Notes under the pieces: generated by a model
Told to the model about the DNA's origin: nothing
What the model saw: the letters and a program-made list of their open reading frames with translations, nothing else
Database searches by the model: none
Assembly: GCA_965116905.1 (NCBI GenBank)
Contig: OZ220732.1
Location: 416,001-480,000 of the forward strand
DNA from: Longimicrobiales bacterium
GTDB lineage: Bacteria > Gemmatimonadota > Gemmatimonadetes > Longimicrobiales > Gaopeijiaceae
DNA: 64,000 nt
Direction: 5' to 3'
Part shown: positions 19,721-29,200 of the stretch, piece by piece
Numbering within the stretch: position 1 is the stretch's first letter
How the letters are laid out: each line of letters starts with the position of its first letter
Position numbers and translations under genes: made by a program

Positions 19721-19760
19721 GTCCCGAGTGCCGAGTCCTGCGTCCCGAGTCCTGAGTCCC
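19719..19760. repeat. Heptamer tandem repeat (GAGTCCY consensus x6) filling the gap between convergent genes
   Basis: GAGTCCC GAGTGCC GAGTCCT GCGTCCC GAGTCCT GAGTCCC. Confidence 0.85.
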
Positions 19761-20440
19761 TACAGGCGCAGCGCGCCGATCACCTCCGCCAGCACCGCCA
19801 CGGCGATCTCCTCGGGTGTGCGCGCACCGATCGGCAACCCGATGGGGCCATGGATGCGGTCCAGGTCGGCTGCGCTGAAGCCCAGCGCGCCCAGCCGCTC
19901 CCGTCTGGCAGCCTGCGTCTTGCGGCTCCCCAGCGCGCCCACGTAGAACGCGTCGCTCCGCAGCGCGGCCACGAGCGCCGGGTCGTCAATCCTGGGATCG
20001 TGGGTGAGTGCGACGACGGCCGTGCGTGCGTCCAGCTGAAGCGTGGCTATCGCCTCGTCGGGCCACTGCCGAAGCAGCACCGCTCCGGGGAACCGTTCCG
20101 CCGTGGCGAAGCCTTCCCGCGGATCCAGCACCGTCACGCGAAAGCCCGCCGATGCGGCCATCCCGACGAGTGCCTGGGCGATGTGGACCGCGCCCACCAC
20201 GACGATCCGCGGCGAGCGGATGTAGGGGCGCAGAAAGACCGCCCCCTCCGGTGTCTCGACCGTCCGCGACTCACCCGTGCGGAGCGCGTCGCCGACCTGC
20301 GTGGCATCGAGCGACAACCGGCGGGGCGCGTGCCCCGCCTCGATCAGTTCCTGCACACCGTCGGTCAGGCGGGTCGCCAGCAGCACGTCGCGCCCCGCCT
20401 CCTGTGCCTCGACCACGCCCTGCAGCACCGCCGTCCTCAC
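19760..20440 (-). CDS. xdhC: XdhC/CoxF family Moco-insertion chaperone, C-terminal (Rossmann) part
   Basis: VVGAVHIAQAL, LTHDPRIDDPAL, YVGALGSRKT, GPIGLPIGARTPEEIAVAVLAE. Confidence 0.9.
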   Translation of the reverse strand: MRTAVLQGVVEAQEAGRDVLLATRLTDGVQELIEAGHAPRRLSLDATQVGDALRTGESRTVETPEGAVFLRPYIRSPRIVVVGAVHIAQALVGMAASAGFRVTVLDPREGFATAERFPGAVLLRQWPDEAIATLQLDARTAVVALTHDPRIDDPALVAALRSDAFYVGALGSRKTQAARRERLGALGFSAADLDRIHGPIGLPIGARTPEEIAVAVLAEVIGALRL

Positions 20441-20477
20441 GCGGCGGCCTCCGCGCCCGCACCTGGCATCCGGCCGG

Positions 20478-20822
20478 CTACCCCGCGACCGGCTCGACGA
20501 ACAGATGCACCCTGCCTCCGCAGGCCAGCCCCACCTCCCACGCCATCTCGTTCGTGACGCCGAATTCCATCGTGCGGGGCTCGCCCGACTCGATCACATC
20601 GAGCGCGGTCTCGATCACCGCGCCCTCGATGCACCCACCCGATACCGATCCGGAGAAGTCGCCATTCGCGGCGATCGCCATGTGACTTCCGGCGCGCCGC
20701 GGGGCCGATCCCCATGTTTGCGTCACCGTGGCGAGCGCGACCCGTCGGCCCTCTTCGAGCCATGCGGCCGCTTGCGCCAGAACGGGATCGGCGTTCGTGT
20801 TCCTGCTGTTCGATTGGTTCAT
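20478..20822 (-). CDS. XdhC/CoxI family N-terminal domain protein
   Basis: ALATVTQTWGSAPRRAGS, GSVSGGCIEG, AWEVGLACGG. Confidence 0.88.
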   Translation of the reverse strand: MNQSNSRNTNADPVLAQAAAWLEEGRRVALATVTQTWGSAPRRAGSHMAIAANGDFSGSVSGGCIEGAVIETALDVIESGEPRTMEFGVTNEMAWEVGLACGGRVHLFVEPVAG

Positions 20823-20860
20823 GGGACTGGAAGCTACCCCTCGGGGGATGGAACGCAACA

Positions 20861-21307
20861 TTGACGGCAACCCGCAGCGATGAGCTAAACCAGGCCGTCA
20901 TCCGGGATCACTTCCGGCGGCCCCGCAATCGCGGCTCCCTCGAGCCCCCCGCCACCGGAGGGCACGCCCACAACCGGTTCTGCGGTGACACGGTGCGCAT
21001 CTGGGCGCGCGTCGAGAACGGCTGCCTTGCCGAAGTGACCTTCGACGGCCGCGGGTGTGCGATATCCCAGGCCGCGGCATCCATGCTTACCGCCGTCGTG
21101 CGCGGAAAGGACGTGGACGCCGTCGCGAGGCTTCGGCAGACCTTCGTCGACGGGCTCGCGGCCAAGGGCTCGACCCTCCCCAGGGAACTCGGAGACCTTC
21201 GTGCCCTGGCCGGAGTCCGGCGTTTTCCGAGCCGGATTCGCTGTGCGGTGCTCCCTTTCGACGCTCTGGAGGACGCACTCGGCGGAGGTCCGGCGAAAGA
21301 GGAATAG
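20861..21307 (+). CDS. sufU: SufU/IscU-like (NifU N-terminal) sulfur-transfer/scaffold protein
   Basis: DHFRRPRN, NRFCGD, GCAISQAAAS, RIRCAVLP (three conserved Cys), with the SufU-type insertion. TTG start inferred. Confidence 0.82.
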   Translation: MTATRSDELNQAVIRDHFRRPRNRGSLEPPATGGHAHNRFCGDTVRIWARVENGCLAEVTFDGRGCAISQAAASMLTAVVRGKDVDAVARLRQTFVDGLAAKGSTLPRELGDLRALAGVRRFPSRIRCAVLPFDALEDALGGGPAKEE

Positions 21308-21430
21308 CGGCCCGCGGACAGGTAACTTCCCGCCCCGGCGCCTTTCCCCGTCCTGCCTCCCGGCGCTAATGTAGGCGGCAAACATATCCGCTTCACCCCG
21401 TATTACGCCCAACAGCACCGAGGAGTCTCC

Positions 21431-24172
21431 ATGACAGCGGGCCGCAACACCCTTCCCTTGCCCCGATTCGCGGCTTCCTTCGCCGCGGTTTTGACCATCG
21501 CCGCCCTGGCTACGCCCCAGGCGCCGGCCGCCGCCCAGCTGACCACCCCCGAGGAGCAGTTCGGCTACCGCCTCGGCACCGACTACCAGCTCGTCAACTA
21601 CGAGGGCCTGACCGAGTACTGGCACCTCCTCGCGGAGCAGTCGGACCGCATGACGCTGGAGTCGATCGGCCTCTCCGAGGAGGGTCGCGAGCAGTGGATG
21701 GCCACGATCACATCGCCGGCCAATCGGCCCAATCTCGACCGCTACCGGGAGATCGCCCGCCGCCTCGCACACGCGGAGGGCGTCACCGAGGAGGAGGCAC
21801 GCGCGCTGGCCGCCGAGGGCAAGGCCGTCGTCTGGATCGACGGGGGTCTCCACGCCACCGAAGTCCTGGGAATCCAGCAGCTCATGGAGCTCGTGTGGCA
21901 GATGGTCAGCCGGGACGACGCCGAAACGATGCGCTTCCTCGACGACGTCATCCTTCTGGCCACGCACGCCAACCCCGACGGCCACGCCCTGGTCGCCAAC
22001 TGGTACATGCGCCACGACGATCCGCTCGAGCGCTCCTCGCAGGGCGTGCCGGTCCTCTACAACAAGTACGCGGGTCACGACAACAACCGCGATTTCTACA
22101 TGGCCTCGCTCTCCGAGACCGAGAATATGAACCGGGTGATGTACCGCGAGTGGTTCCCCCAGATCGTCTACAACCATCACCAGACCGGTCCCCAGGGCAC
22201 GGTCATGTTCGCCCCGCCCTTCCGCGATCCGCCGAACCACAACCTCGATCCCCTCATCATCACCAGCCTCGACCAGGTCGGTTCCGCCATGCACCACCGC
22301 ATGGTCATGGAGGGCAAGGGCGGCACCACCATGCGGCGCGGCGCCAGCTACTCCACCTGGTGGAACGGCGGTCTGCGCACCACGCCCTACTTCAAGAACA
22401 TGATCGGCCTGCTGACCGAGACCATCGGCCATCCCACCCCCATCGAGATTCCCTTCCTGCCGAACCGCCAGATCACGCACGCCGATCTGCCTCTTCCGGT
22501 CACCCCCGGGCGCTGGCACTTCCGCCAGTCGGTCGACTACTCGCAGACGGCCAACCGGGCGGTGCTCGACTACGCGTCGCGCAACCGCGAACACCTCCTC
22601 TTCAACATCTGGCGCATGGGCATGAACTCGATCGAGCGGGGCAGCCGCGACTCGTGGACCGTCCTGCCGAAGTGGATCGACGAGGTGACCGACGAGGTGG
22701 GCGCGCGCGCCACGCAGGAGGACTACGACGCCTATCTTCGCGACCCCGGCAAGCGCGACGCCCGCGGGTACATCCTGCCGTCGGACCAGCGCAGCTTCTC
22801 GACCGCGACCCGCTTCGTGAACGCGCTGCTCAAGGGCGGCGTAACCGTGCACCAGGCCACCGCCGACTTCACCGTCGCGGGCAGGAACTACCCCGCCGGG
22901 TCGTACGTCGTGGTCACGGCGCAGGCCTTCCGGCCGCACGTGATCGACATGTTCGAGCCGCAGAACCACCCCAACGACTTCCAGTATCCGGGCGGTCCCC
23001 CGATCGCGCCCTACGACAACGCCGGATGGACGCTCGCGCTCCAGATGGGCGTCGAATTCGACCGCGTCCTCGACGGGTTCAGCGGACCCTTCGAGCCGAT
23101 CGCCTGGCTCGCCGAGCCGCTTCCCGGAACCGTGGCGGGTGCCGATTCCCCGGCAGGCTACGTGGTCGATCACGTCAACGAGGCCTTCACGGCCGTCAAC
23201 CGCGTGCTCGCCGCCGGTGGAGAGGTTCATTGGATCGAAGGGACGTTCGACGCTGCGGGCATCTCGTTAGCGCCCGGCGCCTTCTACATCCCGGCCGGGG
23301 CCACCACCCGGTCCCAGCTGGAAGACTGGGCCCGCGAACTGGGCATCGGCTTTCATGGCGTCACGGCGGCCCCCGAGGCCGCGTTCGAACTGACCCACGC
23401 GCGGGTCGGCCTCTGGGACCGCTACGGCGGCTCGATGCCGTCGGGCTGGACCCGTTACGTGCTGGAGGACTTCGAGTTCAACTTCGAGGTCGTCTACCCG
23501 CCCGACATCGACGCGGGCAACCTCAACGATCGCTTCGACGTGATCGTTTTGCCCGACGGCGCCCTGGGCGGCGGGCGCGGCTTCCGCTTCGGCGGACCCG
23601 ACGAGGACTTCATGGCCAGCCTGCCGGACTCGCTGCGCGGCCGGCTGGGCTCGCTGAGCGACGACACGAGTCTGCCCGCGCTCCGCGAGTTCGTGGAGAA
23701 CGGTGGGGCGGTCGTCGCGATCGGGTCCTCCACGGCCCTGGGAAGCCGGCTCGGACTACCCCTCTCCAACTTCATGGTCGACGACGAAGGCAACCCGCTC
23801 AGCCGCGACGACTACTTCACGCCGGGATCGATCCACGACATCCGCGTCGATCACGGCAGCCCGATCACCCACGGCCTGGGCGAACGGGTACACGTGCTGC
23901 ACAGCCACAGTCCGGTCTTCCAGATCGACGACGGCGCGGCGAACGTCCGCCGCCTCGCGTGGTACGACACCGCCGAGCCGCTGGTGAGCGGCTGGGCCTG
24001 GGGACAGGAACACCTGGAGGGCGGCACCAGCATGGTCGAGGCGGACCTCGGCGCCGGGAAGCTGTTTCTCTTCGGGCCCAAGGTCACGTTCCGGTCCCAG
24101 CCGCACGGCACCTTCCCGCTTCTCTTCAACGGAATCCACTATGGTGCCGCCAGACGGAGGCCGGTGAGCTGA
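21431..24172 (+). CDS. Secreted M14 zinc carboxypeptidase family protein
   Basis: Signal peptide; GLHATE (HxxE), ANPDG, HDNNRD, NHHQ. Confidence 0.88.
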   Translation: MTAGRNTLPLPRFAASFAAVLTIAALATPQAPAAAQLTTPEEQFGYRLGTDYQLVNYEGLTEYWHLLAEQSDRMTLESIGLSEEGREQWMATITSPANRPNLDRYREIARRLAHAEGVTEEEARALAAEGKAVVWIDGGLHATEVLGIQQLMELVWQMVSRDDAETMRFLDDVILLATHANPDGHALVANWYMRHDDPLERSSQGVPVLYNKYAGHDNNRDFYMASLSETENMNRVMYREWFPQIVYNHHQTGPQGTVMFAPPFRDPPNHNLDPLIITSLDQVGSAMHHRMVMEGKGGTTMRRGASYSTWWNGGLRTTPYFKNMIGLLTETIGHPTPIEIPFLPNRQITHADLPLPVTPGRWHFRQSVDYSQTANRAVLDYASRNREHLLFNIWRMGMNSIERGSRDSWTVLPKWIDEVTDEVGARATQEDYDAYLRDPGKRDARGYILPSDQRSFSTATRFVNALLKGGVTVHQATADFTVAGRNYPAGSYVVVTAQAFRPHVIDMFEPQNHPNDFQYPGGPPIAPYDNAGWTLALQMGVEFDRVLDGFSGPFEPIAWLAEPLPGTVAGADSPAGYVVDHVNEAFTAVNRVLAAGGEVHWIEGTFDAAGISLAPGAFYIPAGATTRSQLEDWARELGIGFHGVTAAPEAAFELTHARVGLWDRYGGSMPSGWTRYVLEDFEFNFEVVYPPDIDAGNLNDRFDVIVLPDGALGGGRGFRFGGPDEDFMASLPDSLRGRLGSLSDDTSLPALREFVENGGAVVAIGSSTALGSRLGLPLSNFMVDDEGNPLSRDDYFTPGSIHDIRVDHGSPITHGLGERVHVLHSHSPVFQIDDGAANVRRLAWYDTAEPLVSGWAWGQEHLEGGTSMVEADLGAGKLFLFGPKVTFRSQPHGTFPLLFNGIHYGAARRRPVS

Positions 24173-24173
24173 C

Positions 24174-25157
24174 GTGAGCGACACCGCCGCTCCGCACGGC
24201 CCCGACGCGTACCCGCCGCGCGAGGACCCGCCGCGCGAGGGCCCACGCGACAATCCGTTCGAACGCGTTCGCAGCCGCTGGCTCCTCCCGTGCGCGTTCG
24301 GCGCGGCCGTGGCCGTCCTCCTGCTGCTGATGCTGGCGACCGGGATCATCGGCCTGGCCACGGGGGGCGCCTTCGGGGACGACGACGCGACCAGGGAGAT
24401 CCTGGCGATGCTTGCGGGGTACGGAGGCATGGTCGCCTGGCTTCTGTGGGCATGCCGGCGTGCGGGGGTGAACCTCCGACGGCTGATCGGCCGCGTACCC
24501 GCCGGGCACGACTGGGCGGTCACGGGGGCCTTGCTGGCGGTGACCATGGCCTTCTCGTACGGATCGTGGGAGCTGGTCGCGTGGATTCTGTCGCGCGCGG
24601 CGCCGGAGGTGTTGAACTGGCTGGTGCAGATGCTGCCCGACAGGCCGGCCGGCAACCTGGGTCACGACATCTTCACCGTCCTCATCGTCGTCGTCGCGGC
24701 CCCGCTCGTCGAAGAGGTTCTCTTCCGGGGCGTTCTGGTCAATCGCTGGGGGGTCAAGTGGGGTCTCGGGGCCGGAATCGCGGTGTCGGCGGTGGCGTTC
24801 GGAATCCTGCACGCGAACGTCATCGGCATCGGCGTGGTCGGGCTGGTGGCGGCCATCCTGTACATCCGGACCCGCACGCTGATCGTGCCGATCGCCTTTC
24901 ACGCCACGAACAACACGATCGGAGCCGTCGGCATGTACCTGCCCGGCGGCTCCGACACGGCCGTGATCATCGACGGCGACGGCTGGCTCGGGTTCCTCCT
25001 CGTCTTCGTCACCCTGCCCGTGCTGATCTGGTACGTGTGGCGCTTCTGGCCGAAGCGCGATGCCGCGATCCCGTATATGGCCGAGGACGACCCGGCCGAG
25101 GACGACCCGGCCGCCGCCGAGGACGACCCGGCCGCGTCCGTGGAAGGATCTCCGTGA
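24174..25157 (+). CDS. CPBP (CAAX/Abi) intramembrane glutamic endopeptidase
   Basis: EEVLFRG, FGILH, FHATNN; multiple TM helices; acidic AEDDP x3 tail. Confidence 0.88.
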   Translation: MSDTAAPHGPDAYPPREDPPREGPRDNPFERVRSRWLLPCAFGAAVAVLLLLMLATGIIGLATGGAFGDDDATREILAMLAGYGGMVAWLLWACRRAGVNLRRLIGRVPAGHDWAVTGALLAVTMAFSYGSWELVAWILSRAAPEVLNWLVQMLPDRPAGNLGHDIFTVLIVVVAAPLVEEVLFRGVLVNRWGVKWGLGAGIAVSAVAFGILHANVIGIGVVGLVAAILYIRTRTLIVPIAFHATNNTIGAVGMYLPGGSDTAVIIDGDGWLGFLLVFVTLPVLIWYVWRFWPKRDAAIPYMAEDDPAEDDPAAAEDDPAASVEGSP

Positions 25158-26236
25158 CCGAATCGGCCCGGTCGCCGTTTCCGGTGCGCGTGGCCGCCAT
25201 CGACGCCGGTTCCAACGCCATCCGCTTCGTCGCGGCCGACTTCACCGCTCCGGGCAGGTACGACATCGTCCACAAGATCCGCCAGCCGATCCGCCTGGGT
25301 CACCGCGTCTTCACGCACGCGGAGCTGGACGAAGACACCATGGGATGGGCCGTGGCCGCCTTTCGCCAGTTCCGCCGCGAGATCGAGGCGCTGAGCGTCG
25401 ACCGATTCCGCGCCGTGGCGACCAGCGCCACCCGCGAGGCGGCCAACCGCGACCGTTTCCTGGACAGAATCCGTGAGGAGTCCGGCATCGTCCTCGAGCC
25501 CATCAGCGGGGCCGAGGAAGCGCGCCTCGTTCACCTGGCCGCGCGCAGCCGGGTCGACCTCTCCCAGGGCCGCTGGATCCTGGTGGATCTGGGGGGCGGA
25601 AGCGTCGAGGTCTCGCTGGTCGACGACACGGGCATCCTGTGGAGCGAATCCTACCGCGTCGGCACCGTGCGCCTCCTGGAGACCCTCGCCGAGGCCGAGG
25701 GCTGCCACGACTCCCTGCGCGAGTGGGTCGGCCGCCAGCTCCGCCCCTTGACGATACCGCCGCCGGAGGCCTACCCGGGTCCCACCGGGTTGGCGGCGAC
25801 CGGAGGCAACATCGAAGCCATCGCCGAACTGGCGCTCAGTTACGTCGATCCGCTGAAGCTCGCGCTGCTGTCCATCGACCGCCTCGACGCCGTCATCCAC
25901 CTCCTCTCGGCGATGACCGTCCCCGAGACGATCCGCGAGCTGCGGCTCCGCCCCGACCGGGCCGACGTCATCCTGCCCGCGGCGCTTGTCTACCGGCACT
26001 TCGCCGACCTCGCCCGCGCAGACCGGATAGTGGTGCCGAGCGTGGGCGTGAAGGAGGGGGTGCTTCTCGACGTGGCGGCCAACCCGGGTCTGTATGCAAC
26101 CGTCCGCACACCAGGGCGGCCGGCGCGGCCGGCGCGGCCGGCGCGGCCGAAGTTCGACGTGCCGGTTGCCGCTTCTACCGCCCCCACGCCAGGTAGCGGA
26201 TCTGCTGGATCGCGACCGACAGGCCCGCCAGGCTGA
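25154..26236 (+). CDS. Ppx/GppA phosphatase (short form)
   Basis: AAIDAGSNAIR, ATSATREAAN, ISGAEEARL, DLGGGSVE, RADVILPA, GVKEG; GTGA overlap with the upstream gene. Confidence 0.9.
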   Translation: MTESARSPFPVRVAAIDAGSNAIRFVAADFTAPGRYDIVHKIRQPIRLGHRVFTHAELDEDTMGWAVAAFRQFRREIEALSVDRFRAVATSATREAANRDRFLDRIREESGIVLEPISGAEEARLVHLAARSRVDLSQGRWILVDLGGGSVEVSLVDDTGILWSESYRVGTVRLLETLAEAEGCHDSLREWVGRQLRPLTIPPPEAYPGPTGLAATGGNIEAIAELALSYVDPLKLALLSIDRLDAVIHLLSAMTVPETIRELRLRPDRADVILPAALVYRHFADLARADRIVVPSVGVKEGVLLDVAANPGLYATVRTPGRPARPARPARPKFDVPVAASTAPTPGSGSAGSRPTGPPG

Positions 26237-29200
26237 CTGGCTCCTCGGCCTCGACCTCGGACAGGATATCGTGGAACCGGGCGAGCTGTGACTCGTCTTC
26301 GTCGAAACCGAGTGCCCCCGAAAGCGCGTCGCTGCCCCCCAGGGCGTCCTGCGTCAGGTTGCGCCGAATCGCACCCAGGTCGTTGATCAGGCCGAGCGCC
26401 CAGCGCTGCTGCCACTTGCCCTCGCCGCTCACACGCTCGATACAGCCGGTCAGCCACGGAATCCGCAGCTCCTCGGTGACCCAGTAGTAGACCCGCGCGG
26501 CACTCACCGGATTGGTTCCGGTGGTGCGCGCCAGCCGCAGGATCTCGAGCAGGTGATCCAGGAAGCGCAGCGCCACGAGGTTCCGGACAAAGGCCTCGTC
26601 CCCGGCCTGGGGCATCAGCGCGGCCACCCGCGTTTCGAAGTTCGCCCGGTCCTCGCCGGCCACGATGTCGTGGAACTGCCCGCGCAGGGCTTCGAGACCG
26701 TTCAGGCTGCCCTCGATGAGGGCGGTGGTCGACTCCTCCGGGTCGCAGTTGGTCAACACCCAGCGCGTCGTCCGTTCCAGCACCCGCGCCAGACCCATCG
26801 TCCAGCGGTAGGTCACGGCGGCGGACACCTGTCCTTCGCGCGACCGGATGTCCGCGAGCAGCGAGTCATGCCGGGTGAGTCTCGCGGCCACCAGCCACGC
26901 CCGCGCGATCTCCGCCGCGCCGCGGCCGGTCTCGCGCATCAGGCGGTCGATGAATACCGACCCCATGAGGTCGACGAGGTCGTTGGTGAGCTGGCACGCC
27001 ACGATCTCACGGCGCAGACGGTGGTTGGCCGCCCGTTCAAGGCCGACCAGCTCCAGGGCCTCGCCCGGGAAGTACTCGTGGAAATAGCCGGAAGCCGACG
27101 GGTCGTCGGGGAGATCCGAGGCGAGCAGCGCCGACTTGAGGTACAGCTTGGCATAGGCCAGCAGCACGGACAGCTCCGGCCGCGTGAGCGACTGGTTGGC
27201 CTCCTGGCGCGCGGTGAGCTCGTCCCAGGACGGCAGTCCCTCCGCGTCGCGGTCGAGGAGGCCCGTGCGGGACAGATGCCCCATCAGCGCCCAGTAGTGG
27301 TCCATGCCGCGGCGGGCGCGGTACTCGTCCAGCGACACCGCCTGGCAGCCGGACTCGTTGTCCGCAAGCACGAGCGAGGCGACCGTGTCCGTGAGGCGGT
27401 GCAGGAGTTCGTTGCGCTCCTCCCGCGTGACCAGTCCGGCGCCGAGTGCCTCGTTCAGGAGGATCTTGAGGTTGACCTCCCGGTCCGAGAGGTTCACCCC
27501 GCCCGAGTTGTCGAGCGCATCGGTGTTGATCCGCCCGCCCGCGAGCGCGTACTCGACCCGGGCCGCCTGGGTGAACCCCAGGTTCCCGCCCTCGCCCACC
27601 ACCTTCGCCCGCAAGTCGCCCACGTCGATGCGCACCGCGTCGTTCGACGCGTCTCCGGCGTCAGCGTGGCTCTCCGTGGTCGCCTTCACGTAGGTGCCGA
27701 TCCCGCCGTTCCAGAGCAGGTCCACGGGTGCCGACAGCACGGCCCGGATGAGACTCTCACCGTCCAGCGTCGCGACGTCCGGCTCCAGACCCAGCACGGC
27801 CCGCACCTCATCGTTCAGGTCGACCGACTTCACCCCGCGCGGCACGATCATCCCGCCCCGCGAGAGTTTCTCGCGGTCGTAGTCGTCCCATGACGAGCGG
27901 CCCAGCCGGAAGAGACGCTCGCGCTCCCTGAAGGAGCTCTCCGGATCCGGACTCGGATCGAGGAATACGTGGCGGTGGTCGAAGGCCGCCACCAGGTGGA
28001 TGGCCCGCGAGAGCAGCATGCCGTTGCCGAACACGTCCCCGCTCATGTCGCCGATGCCCGCCACCGTGAAGGCGTCTTCCTGGATATCCCTGCCCATCTC
28101 CCGGAAATGCCGCTTCACCGACTCCCAGGCGCCGCCGGCGGTGATGCCCACCTTCTTGTGGTCGTATCCGTTGGAGCCGCCCGAGGCGAAGGCGTCGTCC
28201 AGCCAGAAGCCGTAGTCCGCCGCGACCCCGTTGGCGGTGTCCGAGAAGGGGGCCGTGCCCTTGTCCGCCGCCACGACGAGATAGGGGTCGAAGCCATCGT
28301 GCCGGATCACGCCGTCGGGTGGCTCGGACTCGCCGTTGAGGTTGTCCGTGATGTCCAGCAGTCCGCGCATCAGGGTGCAGTACTGTTCACGGGCCTCGTG
28401 GGCCATGGCGTCGCGGTCGGGCAGCGACCGCAGGCAGACGAAGCCGCCCTTCGACCCGCTGGGCACGATCACCGCGTTCTTGACCATCTGCGTCAGCACC
28501 AGCCCCAGCACCTCGGTGCGGAAATCGTCCGGCCGGTCCGAGTGCCGTATCCCGCCCCGGGCAACCGATGCCCCACGCAGGTGAATGCCCTCCATCCTCG
28601 ACGACCTCACCCATACTTCGTACTTGAGACGGCTCCTGACCACGCTTTCGAGAAGCTCGGAGTCGAACTTGAACGAGATGTACGGGACTCCGCCCGACCG
28701 CACCGTCGGCGCCCGGCCGCCGGTCCGATAGTAGTTCGTGCGCACGGTGGCCTCGATCACCTTCTGGAACGCCCTCAGCGCGCGGTCATGAGCGAGCGAG
28801 CTCACCCCGACCAGCTCTTCGGCGATGCGGTCGGCGAGGTCGGGGGCCCTGGGGTGGCGGACCTCCCGCGCCCGGCGGCCGTCCGTCCCGCCGCCCGCGG
28901 CACCGTCCGGGTCGAATCTCGCCTCGAAGAGCCGGAAGAGCAGCAATCCGATCGCCGGGTGGCTGTCGAGCGCGGCGCGCAGCACCTGCCGGCTCGGGAC
29001 CGCCCCGATCTGGAACGCGTAGTGCGCGTACGCCCGCAACACCTCGACCTCGCGCCAGGCCATCCCGGTGGGCCGGATCAGGCGGTTGAACCCGTCGTTC
29101 GTGGCCTCGCCGTTGCGGATCGCCAGGATCGCCTCGGACAGAACAGGCCCCCGGGCCTCGATATCGATCCGGGTGCCGTCCGCGGTCTGCACGTCGAAGC

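Noticed and set aside
19760..20822. xdhC as a frameshifted pseudogene
   Set aside because: Both parts have clean starts, stops and intact motifs, and two-gene XdhC arrangements are known.
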